DNA of 64,000 nt from Eremomyces bilateralis CBS 781.70. Its lineage: Eukaryota. The position numbers and the translations under genes were made by a program. Location of the stretch: assembly GCA_010015585.1 (NCBI GenBank), contig ML975150.1; one strand, given 5' to 3'. The notes beneath the pieces were generated by a model, which was given only the letters and a program-made list of their open reading frames with translations, was not told where the DNA came from and searched no databases. Shown here one piece after another: positions 13,083 through 25,393 of the stretch; position 1 is the first letter of the stretch, and each line of letters begins with the position of its first letter.

Positions 13083-16000
13083 ATGACAAGACCAAAGGTA
13101 CCGCCAGATCAGCGGCAGAGGATTGCGCAAGCCTGTCAAAGGTTGGTTGGTTTCTCTCATATGTTTAAACCTTCTCGCGACCTCAAGGCGACGGTGACGG
13201 GGCTGATGCGGATAGCTGAAAAGTTGCAAGAGACGTAAACAGCGGGTGAGTTCATTCAGGCGAGAGTTCATCAAACTTCATTTTCACAGCTCCATCCGAT
13301 ATCCGATGAAATCGGATCCCTTTACAATGTGCCGTTGTTCGGCAATGTCCTTGCCTGTCTTTTTCTCCCAAGTTCAATCAAGTCTTCAATGTCCCATTCT
13401 GCGCTTCCGTGGGGACCAAATTCCATGGACAACGGCACTTGAAGCTCGCCAGCATGGTGGCATTTCAGGTATGAGCTTTATCGAATCCTCGTACCTTTCC
13501 AGGGTTGTGGCATGATAATAATAGTACAACATATTTTGTGCAACTCCCCTGGATCGGGGCAGCGTTTGGAGCGCACTCATGACTCAGGAATTCACCCACC
13601 GAGCCCATGTCCATTCAGATGCAGATAAACCCTTCACGGTCAAGTCGCACAGGACATCGCCTGGAATTGCCTGGAGTAATGAACTCGCTCGCCCTTGGAC
13701 AGGATCTCGGTTCGAACAAAATATAAATGTGTAGCGTTCCTTTTGTGGCATCAAGACTGTCCGCCCTTATGCTTATGTCCGGTCCTAGGCATTGGCCAAC
13801 GAGAATCGTGTTGCTTCACCATGTTCTTTTGTGTGCCACCAGCCTGCTTGTTTGAGCATTTGCTAAATTTTTATTTAGTGCAACGGTCAATGCCCATGCA
13901 ACACCTGTGAGAAGCGACAATTCGATTGCATTTATGATGATCGGGAAAGTGGGTCAACCCCTGAGGGTGGCCCGAAAGCAAAGAAACAAGCGACTGGAAG
14001 AGATCTAAATTTTCCGCTGGCGGCCCAACCGGCAACAGTCCATGCAAGATATGTTGCGAAGGAGCCAAACCAAATCAACGGATTTGACTCGAAAACACAT
14101 CTGTCTCTGTCGGGCGATCAACCGTCGCCTTACCCGCCTAGCACATTCAATCACCAGCGCATCCCGAGTTCGACTAATGGGTCCGGGAGATCAACTTCTA
14201 AGGACTTAATTCCAAGGGAGCCGACTCAGTCACTGCCTGGGAATCTCTCTACGCCTGATGATGGAGGCAATGGTGCTCCAACTATGTCCCGTACGACGTC
14301 CCAGAGTGGACCAGAGGAAGAAGTGCACGCTTTCTCAGAAGCTCGGATGCTGCAGGATCCCACTGGAAGATTACGTATGTTCACTCCTTGAGGAATGAAG
14401 AGGTTCAATATATTTGCTTGCTGACATGAACCCGGTACAGTCTATCTGGGGGATGCGGCGACTTTGGCGAACCTCCAGTTAATTCGCATGATGATCGAAA
14501 GCGTCGCTGGTCCTTCTCCGTTCACTGCCGATGCCAGCAGGCATAAAATCATGGAATCTCAGATCTCGATTCCAAACATGCGACACCCTCAGTTGCTACC
14601 TGATAAAAAGACCGCGGTTGTCCTGGTCGACAGCTTCTTCATCAATGTAAGTCTACCATATGGGTTTTAGGCTAATATTCTGACCTGCCGTAGACCCATG
14701 GTCTAGTACATATCTTCGAACGACAAGACTTTCTCAGCCGCATGGATGCATGCTATTCGGATCCATTATCTGCTGACGCCCCCTGGCTCTGCTTACTCAA
14801 CCTAGTGTTTGCAATTGGCCTTATACTGGCCACGCCAGCGCCAGGTTCAATAGAAGAAGACGTGATTGTAAAGCTTCGGAAAAATCCCGAGGAACTGTCC
14901 GATAAATTCTACCTCAGCGCGAAAATCTTGAACGATCCAGTGGTTGGCATCGAGGACTCCGACTTCTGGTCCATCCAGGCTCTTCTTCTCATGACATTAT
15001 ATATGCTAGCTAGGTCAAAACGGAACACCGCATTTGCCCTACTCGGTATGTTCGCCTTGTTAAGTTGCTCTAGGCGTTGCTCATAATTGGATAGGTATGG
15101 CAGTGCGGTCTGCATATGCTCTTGGTTTGCATCGACAAGAGACAACGCAGATCTTTCCTTCCGAAACGCAATCGGCCAGACAGAATATCTGGAGGTCCCT
15201 GTTCGTCCTTGATCGATTCCTATCCTCCTCTCTCGGCCGTCCCACAGCAATCTCCGAGGATGAATGCAGTGGGAAGGCACTCAACCCAAATTTCAAGTTT
15301 CAACCAACTCCGGTATCGTTCGACCCCATTTTGCCAGGGCCAGCGGTATTTTATCAGACCAGCATTCAAGGCCTTGATTCGGTAGTGCGGAGTTGCTCAG
15401 TGATCGGCATGACCCTCCGGCGTGTGTATCAACCACGCAAGATCTCGACCAAATTGGCGCAAGAAATTGCAGATATATACAAGCAGTGGCCCAAGAATCT
15501 CGTCGAAGAGCTACACTGGCGCCATGCTCGCTCGGCATCAGCAAGTCAAGGAATCGCCATTCTCCATGTCAACCTCTTCTTCTGCCACTCGATCATTTTG
15601 CTGTCGCACCCTTTTTTCCTTTACCTCATGAATATGATCATTACGAAGCGCTACAATCCGACAGAAGCATCGAACCGTTCAAAACGGATGTACACCCGCA
15701 TGACTCTGTTCAGCAATTCTTGTGTCGCCGCATCTTCTCAAACCATTAACATCCTTCAAAACGCATATGTAGCTGGGTATCTCCCAAGACGAAACCCTTG
15801 CTTCATCTACTTCCTTTTCAGCGCCACGATAATCATCCTCTGCAACGAGTTTGTCTATCTATACCAGCATTCCGACGCTACCCGCGACATCGAGAACGCA
15901 TCTCGCCTAATGGACTACTGCGCGGAGACGGATCCACATGCATCGACACTGACGTATATCGTCTCCTCTTTCCGCGACGTCGTGGAAAAGGAAAAGGCTA

Positions 16001-16503
16001 AACGCCCACAACCATCTGACGGTCCTTCGCCGGAGCCGACTTCCACAGGTGCATACCCTAATCCAAATCCAGTCGCTCAGGCACCCATGGATTCAAAAAC
16101 TAGCGCTCCGAAGCAGGGATACTACCTTCCTCACCCCCCAAGTGCCAATTTACTCTCATCAACGGCCCATTCGACCCCGTCAGCAACCGCCACCACAGCC
16201 ACGCCCGGCATCCCCACCCTGCAGCCCTTACCCCCCTCTCAAGTACCTCAAATCCATCCCGGCTACAAGGCCAAGCCGTCCTACCCCCAACCCCCACGCC
16301 AACCCTTCTTCAACCTCGACTCCCTCCACAACTCTGGCTTCTCATTTCTCCATGACCAGCACCGAAGCGACGGAGCCGACGAAGTCGAACGCGAAGGTAG
16401 CTCTGGGAATGAAGACCAGATCGATTTCAACACACTGTGGCGGTCGTGGCCGCATTCACAGCAGCAGCAGAGCTTTGGGGGTGGGGGTCCGCGGCCAGCA
16501 TAA
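13083..16503 (+). CDS. Zn(II)2Cys6 fungal transcription factor with Fungal_trans domain
   Basis: Exons 13083-13141, 13224-13245, 13879-14374, 14441-14646, 14694-15045, 15095-16503. They rebuild MTRPKVPPDQRQRIAQA-CQSCKRRKQRCNGQCPCNTCEKRQFDC (C-x2-C-x6-C-x5-C-x2-C-x6-C), followed by RMLQDPTGRLLYLGD and GMAVRSAYALGLH...WRSLFVLDRFLSSSLGRP. Confidence 0.9.
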
Positions 16504-18433
16504 TAGGGTGGGGAGAAGGGCGGAGAGGTGTTCACGGAGGTGGAAGTGCCGGAAAGTAGTTCGGCGGTTCCGTTATATGGAGTTAGCATGGGGTATAGGT
16601 GAATAGTTGGAGGTAGTCATAGAGCACAGATTGAGGTTGATATGTTCCGGATCGACTGATGGCCTTGACTATTGAAAGTGCGACATTAAGGGCCTCAAAT
16701 GAGAGCCATCGAGACGGGAAACACGCATAACTCCGTTTCCATCTCATTCTCTGCTCTGCCTTAACCAACGTCGATATAATATTCCACGGGTAGCAGCTAA
16801 ACAGACCTCGAACCAGTGTTTAAGGAGAAATATGGGAGAACCGTGCATTACCATGGGCTTGTTCGTTTAACTTGGCCTCAACCCCTACCAGTCATGTATA
16901 TTTAGCAAAGCTTGCACTCCTGCGCTTCTGCGGCCGACCCGTTTCCCTGGGCAAGGTTATGGATTCATAGAAGAACAGGAGCCTGTCTCTCATGAACACC
17001 TCTTGCCTTCTGTTCTTATCTTTTCGACCACTTGATATCTTAAAACTTCCAATCCCCAACCAAAATCAGGTTGACTAGATCATGGTGAGCTAAACTGATC
17101 TCCGTATGACCGAACAGAGTCGAGACCGATTCGCCAAACGCAGTGTCGAGAGGAAGATGGTTCCCAGGGGGGCAAATTACGACCATCCGCCCAATCACTC
17201 TCATACCCCAAATGCCCTCATCCATCACCCCAATGATCCTCCACTGTTCACACTGGTCCCCACGGCGGCGGCAGAAATAATCCGTTCAGCATTGCCTGCA
17301 GGAGCAAGAACTGCTGATAATCACCCTTCGGGTCCTCGTCATTGATCCGTCTCATTGCTTTAGTCGCCAGGACCATTTCATCAACTTGTATACAGAGGGA
17401 GATCATGGTGCGGTCGACGTGGCAGGAGCAAACGCAATGTGGCAGCTACGATTAGGGTTGAGTTGTTGGAGAGGACTAGGTAGTAGATGCAAGGTAGAGG
17501 TGGCGAGAGATTTGGTCGACGAGGTCGATGTCTAGGGGGTTTAGGGTAGCCATCGAAGTGGAGTCGAACGGAGTGAACGACAAAGGATCTAGAAGAAGGT
17601 GTGATATTCTTGAGTCCGGGATTGGGAATAATATGGTCGTGGGCACGAGAAGAGGAAGATGTAGATAGCCATGGTGGAGAGAGATGGACAACGTTGACAA
17701 TGACTGTTCGTCACTGAGGTCACTGAACGCTCTACAATCCACGTCAAAGAAATGTTTGTATGCTTGAAGATGCGGCAACCTATTCAGTCCTATTCAGTCC
17801 TCGCTCGTCTCTTCGAGCTCTAAGGACAATTCTATATGGCGGTTTAGAATCGAATATAGGCATTACTTGGATAGGAGTCGCTGCCAGGAGATGGACCTAC
17901 TCGTTTCTACCTACCCTGATAACTAGGTACCAACACGACGCCCAGAGTTCACGGTTCATGCCAAGTAGGTGATCAACTCTAGATCAAGAGAGTTAATTAG
18001 TGTAGAATCTCGCTCGGATCAAGCGATTCCACTCTTCTTATCGTCGCATCATCAGATTCCCCCATAGGTTCCCCCATAGGTCCAGCCCTATTTTGGCAAG
18101 GAGATTTGCGGCGGTGATCTCTGGGCTCTTGGAAATATCAAATCTTCACAAAATACCTAGGGGGATGAGGTCCTCCGTCGGCCACCCCGTACCGCCGCGA
18201 TGGTTGGCATCGACACAGAATAGGAAGAAAAGACGAGCAATCTCGTAGATACATAGTTGGGACGAAAGTACTACGTACATATCATTATGACGGCGAAAGC
18301 CCCCGAAGGGGGGACTATGCCTTCTATAGCTAATGATATTATGATCCCTACTAATCACTTGGCGGAGGAATTGTTGGCAACATACGACTGAACGACTGAG
18401 CGACTGAGCGGCTAGGGAAACCACGGGTAAAGA

Positions 18434-18441
18434 TATATAAA
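18434..18441 (+). promoter_or_regulatory. TATA box upstream of the candidate secreted-protein gene
   Basis: TATATAAA about 110 nt upstream of ATG 18545. Confidence 0.45.
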
Positions 18442-18544
18442 TGGTCGATTGATGCACATTTGACCACGATAGAACTCCAATAATTCCCGCACTTCCCACC
18501 GACCCACCTACTGTTCTGTTTACACCACTCCCACTGCATTCAAG

Positions 18545-19132
18545 ATGCATTCCTTATCATTGCTTTTCACTGTTGGCAGTTATCTCCTAGCCGGGCCTTG
18601 GGGGGCCGCGAACGCTTTGCCACAGGGCACTGCAGCATCTATACTTGTGCCCTTCCTAGCCAAGGAGTTCGAAAAGATCTTCGGACAGCCACTCTCTTGC
18701 TGCGGATCGCTCGAAAATTGTCATGGATTTAAAAACGCGGAGGGTAACCCGAACAGATTCCACGCCTGTTTTAGAAAATACCGAATACCGATTAAGGGCT
18801 TCATAGGTAATAGGTGCAGACGACTGACTCTAGTTCAGCCCCGGGTGCTCAGGAATTCTCCGCAGAGGACGTCGAAATCGCCAAGTGCCTTACAAATCTG
18901 CACTACAGGCAAACGGATGTTTGCATTTCTGTTCAGGGGAGCAGTTGTGATAACAATGGATATACCGCTCGAGGTGGACGAATTTAGAATATGTAAAGAA
19001 ACTGATTCTTCCCCCAACTGTAGAGCGACTATCGAAATACTTACTCATATCCCAATAGGCATAAATCGTGGCTCACGGCGTCAAGACCGCTTACTACAGA
19101 AGAGTCCTGGTCAATCCAAGATGGATCTATAG
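18545..19132 (+). CDS. candidate small secreted cysteine-containing protein
   Basis: 195-aa ORF with a signal-peptide-like start (MHSLSLLFTVGSYLLAGPWGAANA|LPQG), several Cys and an upstream TATA. A possible in-frame intron lies at 18744-18833 (GTAACC...CTGAC..TAG). No recognisable domain. Confidence 0.45.
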   Translation: MHSLSLLFTVGSYLLAGPWGAANALPQGTAASILVPFLAKEFEKIFGQPLSCCGSLENCHGFKNAEGNPNRFHACFRKYRIPIKGFIGNRCRRLTLVQPRVLRNSPQRTSKSPSALQICTTGKRMFAFLFRGAVVITMDIPLEVDEFRICKETDSSPNCRATIEILTHIPIGINRGSRRQDRLLQKSPGQSKMDL

Positions 19133-22100
19133 CTCTTAAAGGGACTAAAATGAAGACCGACGATAGCGCGAAACCATATGTCGATCCAATCATAAGTAGA
19201 GCCAACCTTCCCAGCGTTGAGGCTAGGTTTAATTACATTGGATAGCCGGCGTGTTAGTAGGGCAGCTGCATTGGTTTAGGTAGACTTAGAGTACTTTGAT
19301 TGAGCTAAGGATTGTTAGGCGCAAAGATTGGACCGAATAAAATGGAAGGCAAAGGTTTGTTTGTGGGATAATTGATTTGATATTTTTGGCTCACTGTACT
19401 ATACACCATATGAACAATCTACTACCTATTGATCTAGACAATGAAGACGGTTCAACCGCGGTTTTTATTAAGCCTATCCTCAGTCCTCACAGTCTCATTC
19501 TGGGGCCTTTCAGTTTCGGGCCGTAGGCATGGCCTCGAAAACTGCCCGTGTATCTCGAATTGCTTGGGTTATAGAAGCCGACCCTGGATGGGTGGTGCCA
19601 CTGATTATTATCACGGCTACTGATCCTCATGAAAGGTAATCGGTAAGCCAACCGATACTGCCAGAAAGAGTTAGCAAGAGGACTCGTCGATGCTCTAACC
19701 CCTTACGATATTTTTCCATCGACGTACTGACGATTAGTGGAGTTGAGCTCGTGGAACTTCAATGTTAGCTTTCGGGAAGACGGCACCTTGTCCAATTCGA
19801 TGAATGTGCGTTACTGAACGCACCAGATACCATGCTCCGAACCAGGAGCGCTGGCGAGACGGGATTAGAAGTTTTCACAGTGAGGAGAGAAATTCATCCT
19901 GCTAGACCACTCTAGAAGCATATCATGATTGCTGCCAGTTGGAGAAATCGGAACATCTGGTAGTCGCGGGGGTTGAAGTAAATCGGAAACCTCTCTTCCA
20001 TCAGAGCAGCGACTGGAAAATGACACCAGCTACCAGGCGATGTGCACCGCCAGCCCTTGAGGCAGATCCAGAGACCTGTTTCCATCCGCAATGACCTTCT
20101 CACCAAATTGATTTCCCGAACGCGAGACCGAGTCGACGCTGTAAATCCGGATTGCGGTTTGACATGGCGGAGAAGATTGCGAGGGGCAAGAATGGACGGG
20201 CGTTAGGCATGGAGGCTAGAGTCTTAAGGTGCGTAGAGAACGACGAATAAGAAGTGTATGAGGGATTAATATTGCTTCAAAAAATATTCCGCAAACTGAG
20301 CATCGAGCTTTGTCAGTGGAAGATCCTGCTTCAGCGCCTTTGGGGCCGGCTGCGCTCTGCTCTCCTTGGACACTAGTGGCGAACTTGACGCCTCTGGCTC
20401 TGGAAGACCGTACCGATCATGGACTGGGAAAATTCCTGAAGATTGAGATCCTCTTCACCGTTGAGCTACGGCCTCTAGACTGATACGACGTCCGCGAGAA
20501 CGTCATCTCCTGGTTCCAAGTGAACCTTCTCCTTTGTCGCTGGCTTCGGGTTTATACGTTTGTAGATTCGTCTAGGACGAGGGGCTTCGTATGCACAAGT
20601 TGATCGTGACGCGAGCCATCCGGTAGACGGTGAGAATGATGGGTAGATCCGGTTGCAGGTATACCTTTGGCAAACACCCGCAGTACTGCTGGAAATATAT
20701 CGGACCTCTCGGTTCCAACAAGCTTTGCAGGCAGGAGAGGGTCGAGGTCTATGGCAGATGGGATGGGTGGTGGTCGAGCACATCCTGCCTGACTCAGACC
20801 ATCTCGATATACATCGTATAGGGCCTAAATAGTCACTGAAAGGTACCAAAACCAATCTACTCCAAAGGAGGGAATAGGGTTAAAACTTTCCAGTGCCAGG
20901 CAATCGAGTACCTGTATAACCGCAGAAGATGTGAGGATGAACGCCCTGCAGTTAGAATGAAGTTGAGAAAGGTCAGATGGTGATAATTTCGTCGGCGGGG
21001 TTGAAGATGTGTGATATAATAGAAACATGTTCACAACCAAAATGCCATATATCCATCTTTCTAGAACATTGACGGCGAAAATACCCTGGTCGTATTTGGC
21101 AAAAAGGCCTTCAACGGAACTGAAAAAACCACTCATATCCGAATTGAGGCAGTCCGCGCTAAACAGGAACTTGGCGTGACAAAGGATCTACCATCCGGAT
21201 GCCTCACCTTCGGACTGACCACGGAGAGCGCTAATACCTGGAGGGCGAAAAGAAGAGACTGGTACTGGTCCGTTTCGAGGACGATTGAACTCTCTGGATA
21301 GACTCAGTCACTCAGATGGACTTTCGTTCACCAAGGAATGCGCATGTTTCCTCGGGAAGAGTAACTGGTTCGAGCGCGTTCGTAAGGGGTAGGACTCCTC
21401 CTATTAGGACTTCTTCAGCATCGAGTACCGAGTACCTGAACTTAGTCACACAAAATTTGATTCGTACCTAGAGAGCTTGAGGGGTTTGTCGGGTCAGTCA
21501 TTAACTAAGTAATATTATTCAGAGACTCACATGCATCCAGAGAATGCGCCTTCCTAAGAACTATATTGATAAGTGCAGCATGACGTATGAAGCAAGGGAT
21601 GGAGGGAAGGAGCTAAGGAGGGCAGGATAAAGGAAGGGTGTCCTAAAGAGGAATAGCGGGCTTCTTGGTCAGCTGGGCCTTCGCCATGCGAACAATCTCT
21701 GCATCTCACCACCAACGACCCTGCACTCGGTGTTGAGTGTTGAGTGCCGACGACACACTTCAAAGTACCAGCTCCGAACGGGCTTGGACTTCCGAATCCC
21801 AATTTAAATCGCCAAAAAATTACCACTCGATGGCTTCTATCCCTTATTCGCTCATTTTCAACACCGATTAATCTCTCCTCAAAGCCTGGTCACGCCGGCA
21901 ATCGCGCCCAAGGGCGATGGATCTGCCAGTGTGTCAATATGGCGCGGCGGGACTGGCGCGTGCCGTCCGCCATGGCACTCTCCCGCTCTGGCGCACGATT
22001 GACGCCATTCGCGCAGGAGAGGAAAAGCCCACAGAGCAGGCAGAGTGACCGAACCCGTCCGAGTCGCTCAATTCCACCGTCCACTTTGTTCCTCCGCATA

Positions 22101-22392
22101 TCTGGCCACGCTCGACCCGTAGCTGAACGACCAATTTTTCTTCCATTGTACGCGAGAGATTCCCCAGATGTTTCTGTCTCCCGACGTATACGTTAACCTC
22201 GAAACCTCTTCCCGCCCCAGTCCAACTTGACCGTGTCCGCAAGCTCGTCGAGGGCTAGGTCACTCAGCGGAGCTGTCCGTCGAACTTGTCTTTGGAACCA
22301 TTCATAAGATTGTAGAGAGAATCCGGATCATTACACTGCTTGGAATCATCGTCTTTCGAGTTTCGTCTCATACGACCTCTTGACGCCTCACG

Positions 22393-22547
22393 GTACGTGA
22401 CTGGTCTCGTCTCGGAATTTGTTAGCTGGCACACCCCCTCCCAACACTCTGGCCGATTTCTCAGCGACCACCTTATCGATGGCTCGCAAAACATCATTAT
22501 GGCCGATATACGATGATAGGAAGCTAATGACGTGAATGGCTTTCTAG
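22393..22547 (+). other. probable 5'-UTR intron of the CTI6-like gene
   Basis: GTACGT donor, GCTAAT branch site and TTCTAG acceptor, ending about 70 nt upstream of ATG 22620. Confidence 0.5.
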
Positions 22548-22619
22548 AATTCCGTAAATTCGATTCCGACCGATTCCACTCCCATACCATCCCCCTCACC
22601 ACGAGCGACACCAACCACT

Positions 22620-24918
22620 ATGTCACCACGACGCTCGTCTCGAGCACGAGCAACCCAACCGCCTCATCTCGCCCATAACACCAGCACCCACAGCGCCGGG
22701 AACAATGGCAATGGCTCGTCGTCCAATTCTGCCACCTCGTCGCTTCGCGCGGAGCGCTCCACCCGCTCCGCCGTCAAGTCGGGGAGCCCTCAGAAGACCG
22801 AGGATATCACGCGGTCTGATGATGAGGTCGAGGACGACGAGGCCAGTGAAAACATCAAACGCGAATCCCGACGAAACCGGACCTCGGGACGTCGCAATGG
22901 CAACCATGACTCCTACGCCCAAGCGGATGACGACGGTGACATGGACATGGACGAGATCGAAGTCGAGCCGCAGGCCATCGATGAGATAATTGAGGAGGAA
23001 GAGACAACGCGGTGCATATGCGAACAACTGGAATACCCTGGCCCGCCGGTCATGGAGGTGGCCGTCACCACCGGGCGGGCCACGAAAGGAAGAATGGGAT
23101 CGGCCAGTGGTCCAGCCATGGCCGCCATCATCGCCTCAACCGGCGCGGATGCCCAGTTTGTCGGCGAAGAAGCTGGCAGTCTCTTTATTCAGTGCGATTC
23201 TTGCAAGGTCTGGCAACACGGTGGGTGTGTCGGGATCATGGAAGAATCGTCCTGTCCCGACGAATATTTTTGCGAGCAGTGCAGACCAGAATACCATCAG
23301 CTGGGTAAAAGTACTATTGGGTAAGTCGTCCTTCTGGCAGCGTGATTCCGCTGAGAAGCCATCGAATGGCACGATGAGCCTCTTCCGTCTTTTTCAATCT
23401 CTTTCGGTCGTTTGTTTTGGTGAATGTCACGCTGACTTGGTCCATGACACAGTCAAAAATACTCCAAATATCTCCCCGTCGTCGAACCGAATAAGCCTCT
23501 ACCGAAATCTTCTCGAAAAGTCTCGGCCTCCCAAATCAAAGAAACCGAAGCTCAGGCAGCCAGAGATCGTGAACAGGGCAAATTGAGTGCGCGTAGTAGC
23601 GTCGATATCCTCACCAAACGGAGATCGACCATGAATAGTCGCGCCGCATATGACGAGGATGAAGTGCTCCGGAAAGTACTCGAAGAAAGCAAAGGAGACT
23701 TGCCGACAGGATCTGAACAAAGACGAGCCAAGCGAGTTCGAGATGATAGCGAAGAGTAAGTTTACTCCAATAAACCTCGGCCACATGTCTCTTCCCAAGA
23801 ATGGGCCTAACAAGGACAATCAGTGCTAGCAAATCGCCGTCGAAACGAATGCGGACCATGTCCGTGTCCACCGGGCACTCTCGGACTTCGGAATCTGCCG
23901 GTATACCCGACTCGGACCAAGAAACACCTCGAGCCTCGAAACACTCCAAGAACGGGAGAGATGTGGGCTCCCGAAATTTGCGGGAAAAGGAGCCTCGGGA
24001 AAAAGATAAGGGGCGCCTTGAAGTCGCCAAACGGAGAGGCGGAAGGGGAGAACGGAGGAGAAATGACGGTAAGATGAAGATCAAAGTGTATCCAAACATG
24101 TTGGCTAACCCAGCGAAGGCCTCGAGTCGTCCCCCGTCTCATCCACCCCCCAACCCAACTCCTACCCCAACTCCCTCCCTCCCCGCTCCACCCTCCCTGA
24201 CCCCAACGGCACCCCCACCCGCGACACCTCGACTGCCCTCCCCGACTCCCCCGCCCCCTCCACCTCTGGCGTCCCCCCTCACCCCACCTCCTCCCACAAA
24301 AAAGGCGGCCGACCCCCCACCAAACGCCGCCTCGGCCGCAACCAATACACCCGCGACCCCACCGCCAGCGCCGACCACAGCCCCAAACCCGACTTCGCCG
24401 ACGCCAGCCCCAGCTCCGCCGACGCCTCGGGCGGCCTCCACCCCGACGTCGTCAACGGTGCCACCGCCAAATCCGACAAGCCTGATGGTGCCGTCCAGAC
24501 CACACAAACCGGGACCGGCAGACGGAAGGGCCGCGAGCGCCACGGGCTGACGGATCTAAGGAAACGCGCGGCGTATATGATGGAGTATATCTCGCGTGTG
24601 CAAGTCGACCTCGCACAGCGGCCGGGGGTAAATGGCAATGGCAACGGCAGCGGCAGCGGCAGCGGGACTGGCACCCCGAAGAAAGGCCGACGCGCGGACG
24701 AGTCACCTGGGAGCGGTGGCGGCAGCGGAGCGTCGAGCCGCGAGGCGACAGTGAAGGAGGAAGGGAGCGTGGCGGAAACGTTACGGACGATGTTGAGCGG
24801 GGGCGGGGAAATGGGGTTATCGACGTTTCAGGGGCTGAGCACGATGGAGATGATGGATGATTTGACGCGGAAGTTGGTGCTATGGCAGCGGGAGTTTGGG
24901 AAGTTTGGGGAGAAGTGA
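22620..24918 (+). CDS. CTI6: PHD-finger subunit of the Rpd3L histone deacetylase complex (Cti6-like)
   Basis: Motifs MSPRRSSRAR, TRCIC...FIQCDSCKVWQHGGCVGI...YFCEQC, RSTMNSRAAYDEDEVL, KRRLGRNQYTRD, MEYISRVQVDLA and MMDDLTRKLVLWQREFG. Intron donors at about 23322, 23756 and 24069. Confidence 0.85.
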
Positions 24919-25393
24919 GGGTGGGAGGAGTAATGGATTTATGAAGTATGGATAGTAGGTTGAATATATGGATGTTTATGATCATTAGGTGAATGAGTTG
25001 AGCATGCGTGACCGAGACCTGCGAATGGGGAGTTGGAGACGAGCTCGATTTGGCGGGAAGTATCTACGGAGTAAATGTGTTGCCCAGTGCATTTCCGTGC
25101 TAGAATAGCCTATTCACAGTACTGACCACGTGCCTCGGACAGAGACGTAGGTCAAATGAGGGTTCGCAGGCTGAAGGTATGTCAAGACCGTGAAACATGA
25201 AATGAGACTGAGATGCGTTGATGATTGGTTTATGGCTGACAGATAGTATATCAACAGAAGGAGCCCGAATATCAGGACTATGCACCCAGAAGCGCCCGGG
25301 TAGGATATCCCACGCTTTCCCACCAATTCCATAACCATGCCATCCCCATAAACTCCATTGATGCACCAAGAACCCCAAAACCACACCCTCCCC

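Noticed and set aside
17218..17553. Minus-strand frame with TAG/TAA stops that could be RIP-mutated Gln codons
   Set aside because: Stop density is close to random expectation and no family is recognisable, so it is not supportable without homology.
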